A stretch of 64,000 bases of DNA from Escherichia coli (lineage in GTDB: Bacteria; Pseudomonadota; Gammaproteobacteria; Enterobacterales; Enterobacteriaceae). Under the pieces are notes generated by a model that was not told the DNA's origin, did no database searches, and saw nothing but the letters and a program-made list of their open reading frames with translations. A program made the translations under genes and the position numbers. The DNA lies in NCBI RefSeq assembly GCF_030384885.1, contig NZ_CP128613.1. The stretch is one strand, 5' to 3'. The first letter of the stretch is position 1. Each line of letters opens with the position of its first letter. Positions 41,930 to 51,858 of the stretch are shown here, piece after piece.

Positions 41930-44308
41930 ATGTCCAACAATGGCTCGTCACCGCTGGTGCTTTGGTATAACCAACTCGGCATGAATGATGTAGACAGGGT
42001 TGGGGGCAAAAATGCCTCCCTGGGTGAAATGATTACTAACCTTTCCGGAATGGGTGTTTCCGTTCCGAATGGTTTCGCCACAACCGCCGACGCGTTTAAC
42101 CAGTTTCTGGACCAAAGCGGCGTAAACCAGCGCATTTATGAACTGCTGGATAAAACGGATATTGACGATGTTACCCAGCTTGCGAAAGCGGGCGCGCAAA
42201 TCCGCCAGTGGATTATCGACACTCCCTTCCAGCCTGAGCTGGAAAACGCCATCCGCGAAGCCTATGCACAGCTTTCCGCCGATGACGAAAACGCCTCTTT
42301 TGCGGTGCGTTCCTCCGCTACTGCAGAAGATATGCCGGACGCTTCTTTTGCCGGTCAGCAGGAAACTTTCCTCAACGTTCAGGGTCTTGACGCCGTTCTC
42401 GTGGCAGTGAAACATGTATTTGCTTCTCTGTTTAACGATCGCGCCATCTCTTATCGTGTGCACCAGGGTTACGATCACCGTGGCGTGGCGCTCTCCGCCG
42501 GTGTTCAGCGGATGGTGCGTTCCGACCTCGCATCTTCTGGCGTGATGTTCTCCATTGATACCGAATCCGGCTTTGACCAGGTGGTGTTTATCACTTCCGC
42601 TTGGGGCCTTGGTGAAATGGTCGTGCAGGGCGCGGTTAACCCGGATGAGTTTTACGTACATAAACCGACACTGGCGGCAAATCGCCCGGCTATCGTGCGC
42701 CGCACCATGGGGTCAAAAAAAATCCGCATGGTTTACGCGCCGACCCAGGAGCACGGCAAGCAGGTTAAAATCGAAGACGTACCGCAGGAACAGCGTGACA
42801 TCTTCTCGCTGACCAACGAAGAAGTGCAGGAGCTGGCAAAACAGGCCGTACAAATTGAGAAACACTACGGTCGCCCAATGGATATTGAGTGGGCGAAAGA
42901 TGGCCACACCGGCAAACTGTTCATTGTGCAGGCGCGTCCGGAAACCGTGCGCTCACGCGGTCAGGTCATGGAGCGTTATACGTTGCATTCACAGGGTAAG
43001 ATTATCGCCGAAGGCCGTGCTATCGGTCATCGCATCGGCGCGGGTCCGGTGAAAGTCATTCATGACATCAGCGAAATGAACCGCATTGAACCTGGCGACG
43101 TGCTGGTCACTGACATGACCGACCCAGATTGGGAACCGATCATGAAGAAAGCATCTGCCATCGTCACCAACCGTGGCGGTCGTACCTGTCACGCGGCGAT
43201 TATCGCTCGTGAACTGGGCATTCCGGCGGTAGTGGGCTGTGGTGATGCAACAGAACGGATGAAAGACGGTGAGAACGTCACTGTTTCTTGTGCAGAGGGT
43301 GATACCGGTTACGTCTATGCTGAGTTGCTGGAATTTAGCGTGAAAAGCTCCAGCGTGGAAACGATGCCGGATCTGCCGTTGAAAGTGATGATGAACGTCG
43401 GTAACCCGGACCGTGCTTTCGATTTCGCCTGCCTGCCGAACGAAGGCGTGGGCCTTGCGCGTCTGGAATTTATCATCAACCGTATGATTGGCGTCCACCC
43501 ACGCGCACTGCTTGAGTTTGACGATCAGGAACCGCAGTTGCAAAACGAAATCCGCGAGATGATGAAAGGTTTTGATTCTCCGCGTGAGTTTTACGTTGGT
43601 CGTCTGACTGAAGGGATCGCGACGTTGGGTGCTGCGTTTTATCCGAAGCGTGTCATTGTCCGTCTCTCTGATTTTAAATCGAACGAATACGCCAACCTGG
43701 TCGGTGGTGAACGTTACGAGCCAGATGAAGAGAACCCAATGCTCGGCTTCCGTGGCGCGGGACGTTATGTTTCCGACAGCTTCCGCGACTGCTTCGCACT
43801 GGAGTGTGAAGCGGTGAAACGTGTGCGCAACGACATGGGACTGACCAACGTTGAGATCATGATCCCGTTCGTGCGTACCGTAGATCAGGCGAAAGCGGTG
43901 GTTGAAGAACTGGCGCGCCAGGGGCTGAAACGTGGTGAAAACGGGCTGAAGATCATCATGATGTGTGAAATTCCGTCCAACGCCTTACTGGCAGAGCAGT
44001 TCCTCGAATATTTCGACGGCTTCTCAATTGGCTCAAACGATATGACGCAGCTTGCGCTTGGTCTGGACCGAGACTCCGGCGTGGTGTCTGAACTGTTCGA
44101 TGAGCGCAACGATGCAGTGAAAGCACTGCTGTCGATGGCGATTCGTGCCGCGAAGAAGCAGGGCAAATATGTCGGGATTTGCGGTCAGGGTCCGTCCGAC
44201 CATGAAGACTTTGCCGCCTGGCTGATGGAAGAGGGGATCGATAGCTTGTCCCTGAATCCGGACACTGTGGTACAAACCTGGTTAAGCCTGGCTGAACTGA
44301 AGAAATAA
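41930..44308 (+). CDS. ppsA: Phosphoenolpyruvate synthase
   Basis: 792-aa ORF with phosphohistidine domain motif ([21 protein letters not shown]). Confidence 0.97.
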   Translation: MSNNGSSPLVLWYNQLGMNDVDRVGGKNASLGEMITNLSGMGVSVPNGFATTADAFNQFLDQSGVNQRIYELLDKTDIDDVTQLAKAGAQIRQWIIDTPFQPELENAIREAYAQLSADDENASFAVRSSATAEDMPDASFAGQQETFLNVQGLDAVLVAVKHVFASLFNDRAISYRVHQGYDHRGVALSAGVQRMVRSDLASSGVMFSIDTESGFDQVVFITSAWGLGEMVVQGAVNPDEFYVHKPTLAANRPAIVRRTMGSKKIRMVYAPTQEHGKQVKIEDVPQEQRDIFSLTNEEVQELAKQAVQIEKHYGRPMDIEWAKDGHTGKLFIVQARPETVRSRGQVMERYTLHSQGKIIAEGRAIGHRIGAGPVKVIHDISEMNRIEPGDVLVTDMTDPDWEPIMKKASAIVTNRGGRTCHAAIIARELGIPAVVGCGDATERMKDGENVTVSCAEGDTGYVYAELLEFSVKSSSVETMPDLPLKVMMNVGNPDRAFDFACLPNEGVGLARLEFIINRMIGVHPRALLEFDDQEPQLQNEIREMMKGFDSPREFYVGRLTEGIATLGAAFYPKRVIVRLSDFKSNEYANLVGGERYEPDEENPMLGFRGAGRYVSDSFRDCFALECEAVKRVRNDMGLTNVEIMIPFVRTVDQAKAVVEELARQGLKRGENGLKIIMMCEIPSNALLAEQFLEYFDGFSIGSNDMTQLALGLDRDSGVVSELFDERNDAVKALLSMAIRAAKKQGKYVGICGQGPSDHEDFAAWLMEEGIDSLSLNPDTVVQTWLSLAELKK

Positions 44309-44316
44309 AATAAATA

Positions 44317-44342
44317 CCCGGCGGCGTTTTGTCGCCGGGTTT
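44317..44342 (+). terminator. Rho-independent terminator of ppsA
   Basis: Stem cccggcg/cgccggg followed by ttt, 9 bp after the ppsA stop. Confidence 0.55.
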
Positions 44343-44364
44343 ACGTGATCCCCGAGTATGAAAC

Positions 44365-46065
44365 TTATTCAACCTCTTCGCAGATATCCTGAGTTAATCG
44401 CCGCATAATATCTTTCCTTAACAAAAACTTTTGTATTTTACCTGATGCAGTACGTGGTAATTTCTCTGTTACCACAATATGTTCAGGATATTTATATTTT
44501 GCTACCCGTTTACGGCTAAAAAAAGCCACTATGTCTTTCAGCGATATTGAATGATGTGGCGCTTTCAGCACGACATAAGCGCATGAACGTTCACCTAAGC
44601 GTTCATCGGGCATTGCCACAACACAAGCATCATGAATTTTAGGATGCTGTAATAAAATATCTTCCACTTCACGACTGCTAATATTTTCCCCGCCGCGGAC
44701 AATAATATCTTTCTTGCGCCCGGTTATTTTTATATAGCCAGCTTCATCCATTCGGCAGAGATCGCCGCTGTAATACCAGCCTTCTTCATCCAGCGCACGG
44801 GCGGTTAATTCAGGTTCATCAAAATACCCCATAAATACATTGGGGCCACGCGAGGCTTCTTCACCTACACAACCAGGCGGTAAGGTCTTGCGTGCATCAT
44901 CGACCACTTTAATCTCTACGCCTGCGGCAGCGTAACCATCGGTGTTCATAAAGCGCGACAAAGGATCGTCGAGATTTACCACCGCATGCGGCGAACTTTC
45001 TGTGGAACCATAAACACTTAATAATTTAATGCCGCGTTGTTGGCATTCACGCGCCACCTTTTTGGGGATCGTGGTGCCGCCGCAAAGAAAGAAGCGGAGT
45101 GCTGAAAGGTCCGCAGGCTGTTTTTCCAGTAAGTTCAGCAAATCATAGACAAATGGCGTGGCGCCGAGCATACAGGTGCAACGCTGCTGCTCAAGCAGCG
45201 CGAGACACGCATCAGGAGTGAAAATATCTAACAACACGCTGCGAGCACCAATCAAAAAAGGTGCCGTTACGCCATGCAGAAAGCCCGTTGCGTGACCAAG
45301 TGGCGCAGGCATCATAAAGACATCCTGCCAGGTCAGGTTCAGCCGCGCGCAATATGCCCGCTCACTGGCGAGAATATTGTTATGCGTTAGCATCACGCCC
45401 TTTGGCTGCCCCTCAGTTCCGGAGGTAAATAGCACTGCTGCTAATTCATCGCCGTGGACCGTTATTGCCTTAGTCAGTGGGGTATTGTCGGCGATAAGAT
45501 GACTTAACGAGAGGGACGAGGTGGCGGGGGCCAGTTTGTCGACGCCGACGATTTGCTGTAGTTGTGGAAGCTGATTTTGCAGCGGCAGGATTAAATCTAC
45601 CGGACGCGTTTGTTTAAACAACGTCGGTGCAAAGAACATTTTTGCCTGACACTTATTGAGCACCCACACCAGTTCAGCCTCCCGCCAGGAAGGCAACAGC
45701 GGCACGGAAACCGCACCGGTTTTCAGGCAGGCAAGATAGATAACGGTAAATTCACACCAGCCAGGCAGTTGAAAAGCAATGCGATCCCCTGATTCAATAC
45801 CCTTCGCCAGCATCCAGTTTGCCAGACAGCTCGCGGCGTGATCGAGCTCGCTATAGGTGTACGATGCACCATGATTATCGACCACGGCAATTTTATCTGG
45901 CATCGAACGAGCGGTCTGCTGCCAGTAATCGGCCAGCGAAGCATCGCCCCATAATCCTTGTTGACGATAAGCCGCACGACGTTGTTCGTTAAACGTTAAT
46001 GTCACTTTCATTTTGGACTCTCGAAACAGAACATCAGGCCCGAGATACGGGCCTGTGGGATGCAT
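44365..46065 (-). CDS. fadK: Acyl-CoA synthetase (short/medium-chain, anaerobic) FadK
   Basis: 566-aa ORF with AMP-binding motif (TSGTEGQPKGV); ATG at 46065 lies 2 nt after the ydiT stop; an internal ATG at 46011 (MKVTLTF) would give 548 aa. Confidence 0.85.
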   Translation of the reverse strand: MHPTGPYLGPDVLFRESKMKVTLTFNEQRRAAYRQQGLWGDASLADYWQQTARSMPDKIAVVDNHGASYTYSELDHAASCLANWMLAKGIESGDRIAFQLPGWCEFTVIYLACLKTGAVSVPLLPSWREAELVWVLNKCQAKMFFAPTLFKQTRPVDLILPLQNQLPQLQQIVGVDKLAPATSSLSLSHLIADNTPLTKAITVHGDELAAVLFTSGTEGQPKGVMLTHNNILASERAYCARLNLTWQDVFMMPAPLGHATGFLHGVTAPFLIGARSVLLDIFTPDACLALLEQQRCTCMLGATPFVYDLLNLLEKQPADLSALRFFLCGGTTIPKKVARECQQRGIKLLSVYGSTESSPHAVVNLDDPLSRFMNTDGYAAAGVEIKVVDDARKTLPPGCVGEEASRGPNVFMGYFDEPELTARALDEEGWYYSGDLCRMDEAGYIKITGRKKDIIVRGGENISSREVEDILLQHPKIHDACVVAMPDERLGERSCAYVVLKAPHHSISLKDIVAFFSRKRVAKYKYPEHIVVTEKLPRTASGKIQKFLLRKDIMRRLTQDICEEVE

Positions 46066-46067
46066 GA

Positions 46068-46361
46068 TTAGCCGTAGCGAAAATCAATACCGAAGGTGCC
46101 TGCGGGATATTGCCACTGTTCGAGAATCGTATTGCCACACAACACCCGACAGGTGCCGCATTCGAGACAACCGGCGGAATCAAAATGTATGTTTCCTGCG
46201 TCATCCTGCTTATACAGTCCGGCAGGGCAAGCTTTCATTAATTTACGGAATTCATTGATATCGGGATTTGCCGCCAGAATGATATGCGGGTGACCCTCAT
46301 CAACATGGAATTTATTGACACCTAATTTGATGTCGACGTTAACCGTAGCGTTCTGGCTCAT
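46068..46361 (-). CDS. ydiT: Ferredoxin-like protein (FixX homolog)
   Basis: 97-aa ORF with Cys clusters (CLECGTCRVLC); overlaps ydiS stop by 4 bp. Confidence 0.85.
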   Translation of the reverse strand: MSQNATVNVDIKLGVNKFHVDEGHPHIILAANPDINEFRKLMKACPAGLYKQDDAGNIHFDSAGCLECGTCRVLCGNTILEQWQYPAGTFGIDFRYG

Positions 46362-47647
46362 AGCGCGGTTGCTCCCTTAATGCCATCTTTCAGCAAGTTG
46401 ATCAGCCCAATTTTCTTCGCATGTCCCATGATCATTTTGCGTACCGGTTGGTTAGGCTTACCGTCGATAGTGAACATTTCGTTCATGATGTCGGCGACCA
46501 TTCGTGGGTATTGGCTAAACAGGCGCGGGTTTTCCATCAGCGCCGGGATCTTGCGAAAATGCTGCATATCACGCATGACGCAACTTTGTTCCAGCTCACG
46601 TTTGTATTGCGCCAGGCTGCTGGCGGAGAAGTCAGCGCGTTCTTTAGCGGCAATCACTGTTGTGGCAGCAGCCTGGGCCGATGCGATGGCTAAATCCATT
46701 CCGCGAACCGTAAAGCCCAGATTGAGGCAGAAACCTGCGGCATCACCGACGATCATCACGCCCTCATTAACCAGCTGCGGCACCATCGCCAGACCGCCTT
46801 CCGGCACCATGTGCGCGGAATATTCAAGCAGTTTGCCGCCGCTAATCAGTGGGCGAATGGCGGGGTGTTGTTTAAAATCTTCCAGCATTTGCGGCACGCT
46901 TTTTTTTGCATGGGCGATATCACCCAATCCACAAACCAGCCCCAACGATACGGAATCCTTGTTGGTATAGAGGAATCCGCCGCCCATCAGGCCGTCAGAA
47001 GGGGAACCGGCAAACAGCCAGGCGGTACCTTCCTCGCCCATAACATTAAAGCGATCGTTGATTTGCTCTGGTGTAAGACCAATAACCTCTTTAACACCAA
47101 CTGCGTAATGATGCGGATCGGAAGCGGGAACCATTCCCAGCGAGCGGCCAAGCATTGAGTTAACGCCATCAGCCAGAATCACTACATTCGCTTCGAGAAT
47201 ATCCTCCCCGGCCTGGACGCCAGTGACCTTGTTTCCTTCACGAACCAGCGCATCGACGCGAACACCCGGGATAAACTGCGCACCCGCCTGTTCGGCTAGT
47301 TCCATCAACCACGGGTCCAGACGATTACGCAATACGGTATAAGACGCGTGTTGCGGAACATCTGGTTGCTCGCGGTGAAAATCGAGGGTAACGGCACTCT
47401 CTTCGGTTAAGAAGGAGATTTTCTCGCGTGTGACCTTGCGTTCTACCGGTGCTGATGCAGCAAAGCCCGGAATGATCGCTTCAAGTGTGTGGGCATAAAG
47501 ACGCCCGCCGGTCATATTTTTGCATCCGGCACTGTCGCCGCGTTCTATCACCAGGACATCCAGCCCGGCTCGCGCCATGACCAGTGCGGCAACGCTACCG
47601 GCAACGCCCGCACCGACCACAATGGCATCAAATTTGTCATCCGACAT
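46358..47647 (-). CDS. ydiS: FAD-dependent oxidoreductase (FixC / ETF-quinone oxidoreductase-like)
   Basis: 429-aa ORF with N-terminal FAD-binding fold (FDAIVVGAGVAGSVAALVMARAGLDVLVIERG). Confidence 0.9.
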   Translation of the reverse strand: MSDDKFDAIVVGAGVAGSVAALVMARAGLDVLVIERGDSAGCKNMTGGRLYAHTLEAIIPGFAASAPVERKVTREKISFLTEESAVTLDFHREQPDVPQHASYTVLRNRLDPWLMELAEQAGAQFIPGVRVDALVREGNKVTGVQAGEDILEANVVILADGVNSMLGRSLGMVPASDPHHYAVGVKEVIGLTPEQINDRFNVMGEEGTAWLFAGSPSDGLMGGGFLYTNKDSVSLGLVCGLGDIAHAKKSVPQMLEDFKQHPAIRPLISGGKLLEYSAHMVPEGGLAMVPQLVNEGVMIVGDAAGFCLNLGFTVRGMDLAIASAQAAATTVIAAKERADFSASSLAQYKRELEQSCVMRDMQHFRKIPALMENPRLFSQYPRMVADIMNEMFTIDGKPNQPVRKMIMGHAKKIGLINLLKDGIKGATAL

Positions 47648-47701
47648 GCGTTATGCTCCCTTCCCGCTGCGTTTACAGCGGGAGATGTGGTTGAAAGGGA
47701 A

Positions 47702-48640
47702 TTAGCGACTCAACTGACTAATCAGGGCAGGGACGACTTTGTAGATATCGCCCACCAGACCGTAGTCGGCATAGTTGAAGATTGGCGCATTTTTATCTTT
47801 ATTAATGGCGACAATCACTTTTGCACCGTTGCCGCCAACCATATGCTGGATCTGCCCGGAGATCCCCAGCGTCAGGTAGAGATCGGATTTCAGCAACACG
47901 CCGGAGACACCGATATAACGTTCACGCTCCATCCAGTTCTCGCCTTCGGCAATTGGACGTGAACAGCCGACTTCAGCATTCAGAACCGCCGCCAGTTCGT
48001 GGACCATTTTCAGGTCATCCTGCGCCGCCAGACCACGACCGACGCCAACCACACGTTTTGCTTTGCTCAGGTCCACGCTGCTTGCCGCTTTCGCACGGCG
48101 TTCGCGACAGAGAATTTCATGACGCGGGGCAACATAAGGTACCGTTTCTGTCGGGCACTGATGAGAGATATCACTGGTGCACGGTTCCTGAACACCGGGT
48201 GCAAGGGTAATGATCGCCAGCGGGCTGTTGATCTTTTCCTGAGCGAACGCTAACCCGCCATACATCCGGTGTTCGGCGCAAATGTGACCATCGACAATAT
48301 CCACCGCCGTGGCATCGTTCACCAGCGCCGCATTCAGTTGCACACTTAACCGTGCTGCCAGAGCTTTACCACGTTTCGTCGCGGCCAACAGCAACATAGC
48401 GGGGTGTTTATCTTTCAGCAGGGCAGCAATGCTTTCGGCGTAATTTTCAGTACGTTGCAGCGCGTCGTTTTGTTCAAGAACATAAATACATTTTGGCCCA
48501 TAAGGCATAACTGCCTGCGCCTGGTCGGTATTTTGTACAATGGCATACACCTGTTGGCCCCATTGCTGAGCGCCGCCAAACAGTTCAGCATAACGTTCAG
48601 GATTATCGCTAAAGACCCAGACGCTGTTTAATTGACTCAT
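47702..48640 (-). CDS. ydiR: Electron transfer flavoprotein alpha subunit (FixB homolog)
   Basis: 312-aa ORF recognised as ETF alpha. Confidence 0.9.
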   Translation of the reverse strand: MSQLNSVWVFSDNPERYAELFGGAQQWGQQVYAIVQNTDQAQAVMPYGPKCIYVLEQNDALQRTENYAESIAALLKDKHPAMLLLAATKRGKALAARLSVQLNAALVNDATAVDIVDGHICAEHRMYGGLAFAQEKINSPLAIITLAPGVQEPCTSDISHQCPTETVPYVAPRHEILCRERRAKAASSVDLSKAKRVVGVGRGLAAQDDLKMVHELAAVLNAEVGCSRPIAEGENWMERERYIGVSGVLLKSDLYLTLGISGQIQHMVGGNGAKVIVAINKDKNAPIFNYADYGLVGDIYKVVPALISQLSR

Positions 48641-48659
48641 CGTTTCTTCTCCGTAGGCT

Positions 48660-49424
48660 TCAGTTCAGGGCTTTCTTCAGATGTTCCGCCAGCTCGGCAA
48701 TGGCCTCCGGCGAATCGTTATCGAGAATGATGTGCTTACGTTCTGTTTGCGGCGGTACGCGAATGCCGGTCAGTTCAGCAAGTGGTGTGCTCTGGCTCCA
48801 GCCAATATCACTTGCCTGCCACTGATTTACCGGTTTTTTACCCGCGCCGAGAATGGCTTTCATCGAAGGAATGCGTGGCATGTTAATATCGGAGGTGACG
48901 CAGAGCACGGCTGGAACAGAGAGCTCAATAACTTCAACATCATCTTCAAGCGTGCGTTCAATCACCAGTGTATTGCCCTGACGCTGAATAGCACTCACTG
49001 CATTAATCACCGGAAGTTGCAGAATTTCTCCGACCAGCAAGCCAACCTGCTGGGCATAAAGGTCGCCGGAACCTTCACCAAAGATCAGTAAATCGAAGCC
49101 GATCTTTTCAACTGCTGCCGCCAGCGCCTTTGCGGTATCGAGAGGCAGTGCATGTTCAAGTTGCGCATCCTGCACCAAATACAGGCTATGCGGCCCGCGG
49201 GATAGCACGTCTTTGCGCACTTTCGAGTTCTGCAACAATGAGCCGCCAATGGTCAGCGCGGCTATCTCATCGTCATCTGTTGCAATCTGGCTTGCAGCTT
49301 CAATGGCATTGAGATCGAACTGGCTGATTTTGGCGTCGGCATTGTCGAAATTCAGGGTATATTCTGGAGTGACAACAATGTCCTGTTCTTCAGGCACCAG
49401 CTTAAAGCAGGTTATTATTTTCAT
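48660..49424 (-). CDS. ydiQ: Electron transfer flavoprotein beta subunit (FixA homolog)
   Basis: Track ORF extends to 49523; ATG at 49424 (MKIITCFKLVPEEQD) gives the expected 254 aa. Confidence 0.88.
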   Translation of the reverse strand: MKIITCFKLVPEEQDIVVTPEYTLNFDNADAKISQFDLNAIEAASQIATDDDEIAALTIGGSLLQNSKVRKDVLSRGPHSLYLVQDAQLEHALPLDTAKALAAAVEKIGFDLLIFGEGSGDLYAQQVGLLVGEILQLPVINAVSAIQRQGNTLVIERTLEDDVEVIELSVPAVLCVTSDINMPRIPSMKAILGAGKKPVNQWQASDIGWSQSTPLAELTGIRVPPQTERKHIILDNDSPEAIAELAEHLKKALN

Positions 49425-49739
49425 GATTTCTCCTGTGAGTCGCATACGGAACCATCTCCGATGGAAGGTAAAAATGGCCTGAAAATAGTGTGCGATAGCG
49501 GTGCGGGGTTTTCGACGGAGCAAGCTGTTTTCCTTGCCAACAATCTTGCAAAAAAAATGCGATCGCTAAAACAAAAGTGCAATTTGCGGCAAAGTTGTTA
49601 TTCCATGACCGTACAATCTTGCATTCAGTGTAAATAATCTTGTTTAGCTCTCGCTAAACGCGGTTGTATAACCGCAATACACGCCGTATTTTATCCGGCA
49701 TATATTGTTTTTGCTTGCTCATGGAATAGGGAGGTTGTC

Positions 49740-50651
49740 ATGTATCAACGCTGTTTTGATAACGCCAGCGAAACGCTGTTTGTCGCCGGTAAAACGCCAC
49801 GGCTTTCACGTTTTGCATTTAGCGATGATCCAAAATGGGAGTCCGGACATCACGTTCATGACAATGAAACCGAGTTGATTTACGTCAAGAAAGGGGTAGC
49901 AAGGTTTACCATCGATTCTTCGTTATATGTCGCGCATGCCGATGACATTGTGGTGATAGAACGTGGCAGGTTGCATGCGGTGGCCTCTGACGTTAACGAT
50001 CCGGCAACGACGTGTACCTGTGCGCTGTACGGCTTTCAGTTTCAGGGGACTGAGGAAAATCAGCTACTGCAACCGCATTCTTGCCCGGTCATTGCCGCAG
50101 GGCAGGGAAAAGAAGTCATTAAAACCTTATTTAATGAGCTAAGTGTGATTTTGCCGCAAAGTAAAAATAGCCAAACATCTTCGTTATGGGACGCATTTGC
50201 CTATACGTTAGCAATTCTTTACTACGAAAACTTTAAAAATGCTTATCGTTCGGAGCAGGGGTATATTAAAAAAGATGTTCTGATAAAAGATATTCTTTTC
50301 TATCTGAATAATAATTATCTCGAAAAAATCACTTTAGAGCAGTTATCGAAAAAATTTCGTGCCAGCGTCAGTTATATCTGCCATGAATTTACCAAAGAGT
50401 ATCGTATTTCCCCTATTAACTATGTTATTCAACGGCGTATGACGGAAGCGAAATGGTCACTCACTAATACTGAATTATCACAGGCAGAGATCTCCTGGCG
50501 TGTGGGTTATGAAAATGTCGATCACTTTGCCAAACTGTTTTTGCGCCATGTCGGCTGTTCGCCCAGCGATTACCGCAGGCAATTTAAAAACTGTTTTGCG
50601 GAACAAGAAATCCTATCTGAATTTCCTCAACCAGTAAGTCTTGCCGGATAA
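49740..50651 (+). CDS. ydiP: AraC-family transcriptional regulator
   Basis: 303-aa ORF with C-terminal AraC helix-turn-helix; AT-rich; divergent from ydiQ. Confidence 0.85.
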   Translation: MYQRCFDNASETLFVAGKTPRLSRFAFSDDPKWESGHHVHDNETELIYVKKGVARFTIDSSLYVAHADDIVVIERGRLHAVASDVNDPATTCTCALYGFQFQGTEENQLLQPHSCPVIAAGQGKEVIKTLFNELSVILPQSKNSQTSSLWDAFAYTLAILYYENFKNAYRSEQGYIKKDVLIKDILFYLNNNYLEKITLEQLSKKFRASVSYICHEFTKEYRISPINYVIQRRMTEAKWSLTNTELSQAEISWRVGYENVDHFAKLFLRHVGCSPSDYRRQFKNCFAEQEILSEFPQPVSLAG

Positions 50652-50655
50652 ATCT

Positions 50656-50687
50656 GGCGGCGCAGTTTGTTAAGAAGCTGCGCCGCC
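50656..50687. terminator. Bidirectional hairpin between convergent ydiP and ydiO
   Basis: 10-bp perfect arms ggcggcgcag/ctgcgccgcc with a 12-nt loop; no strong T-run. Confidence 0.4.
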
Positions 50688-50693
50688 TGCAGA

Positions 50694-51845
50694 TTATTTG
50701 TTCTGATAATCTTTCAGGATCTGCCGACCCGCTACGTAAATCATAATTTCGTCTGTACCGCCGCCGATACGTTCACAACGGACATCACGCCAGAAGCGGG
50801 AGACGCGCGCCTCATCGGTATAGCCCAGACCGCCCATGATTTGAATCGCATCATCAATAACTTCCATTGCGGTACGTGCGCAGTACAGTTTTGCCAGCGC
50901 CGCGCTGGTGCGCAGTGACTGATGCTGATCGGCTTGCCATGCCACTTTCAACACCATGTTGCGCATGTTGTCGATCTTAATCGCCATCAGCGCCAGTTTT
51001 TCCTGGATCATCTGGTTATGACCAATGGGTTTACCAAAAGCGATACGTTGGTTGGCATAGCGGGCGGCATCTTCGAATGCGCATTCGGCAAAGCCGGTGC
51101 TGCGCGCGGCGTTGATCAGGCGCTCCATCTCAAAGTTGTACATCACATTGAGGAAACCCATTCCTTCTTCGCCCACCATGTCGCTCTCTTCAACCTCTAC
51201 GTTGTCGAGATAGACTTCGCAGGTGCTGAGCATATGCCAGCCGATTTTATGCAGCGGGTTAATCTTAATGCCGGGCTTACTGGAGTCGACCCACCACAGG
51301 GTGAAGGCTTTTTTGGGATCTTTCGGTTCTGGATCGCGCGCCAGCACCAGCATATATGGGTACTCTTTCGCGCCGGTAATAAAGGTTTTCTGGCCGTTGA
51401 TGTAAACCTTGCCATTTTTACGCGTGTAAGTGGTAGTGGCACTGTTATTGTCTGAGCCTGCGCCTGGTTCCGTCAACGCCAGGGCATAGGCGGGATCACC
51501 CGTTTCCAGGGTGCTCTCTGCCGTTTTACGTAGCTGCTCAGCAGAACCGAAACGGCGCATGCTGTGAATACATTGACCGTTGGTAATCAAAAATGCCGGA
51601 GCACCGCATTTTGACACTTCCATCAGCGCCAACATCTGGGTGACGTAATCCGCAGGGATGCCACCAAATTCTTCCGGCACGCCAAGCATAGAAATGCCGT
51701 TATCCGCCAGTGCCCGCATAAACTCACGCGGGTATGTCCCGTTTTGATCGCAGGTGCGGAAATACTCTTCCGGGAAGTTGGTCGTAATCAACTCGCGAAT
51801 ACTGGCCAGCAGCAGTTCTTGTTCTTCAGTTAAAGAAAAATCCAT
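50694..51845 (-). CDS. ydiO: Acyl-CoA dehydrogenase-family protein
   Basis: Track ORF 401 aa; ATG at 51845 (MDFSLTEEQELLL) gives 383 aa; ACAD fold with C-terminal ETF-interacting region. Confidence 0.88.
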   Translation of the reverse strand: MDFSLTEEQELLLASIRELITTNFPEEYFRTCDQNGTYPREFMRALADNGISMLGVPEEFGGIPADYVTQMLALMEVSKCGAPAFLITNGQCIHSMRRFGSAEQLRKTAESTLETGDPAYALALTEPGAGSDNNSATTTYTRKNGKVYINGQKTFITGAKEYPYMLVLARDPEPKDPKKAFTLWWVDSSKPGIKINPLHKIGWHMLSTCEVYLDNVEVEESDMVGEEGMGFLNVMYNFEMERLINAARSTGFAECAFEDAARYANQRIAFGKPIGHNQMIQEKLALMAIKIDNMRNMVLKVAWQADQHQSLRTSAALAKLYCARTAMEVIDDAIQIMGGLGYTDEARVSRFWRDVRCERIGGGTDEIMIYVAGRQILKDYQNK

Positions 51846-51858
51846 CGTGATACTCCTG

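Noticed and set aside
44365-46065. Alternative shorter start for fadK at ATG 46011 (MKVTLTF...)
   Set aside because: The upstream ATG at 46065 sits 2 nt after the ydiT stop in a translational-coupling arrangement, so I kept the longer ORF. The true start cannot be decided from sequence alone.
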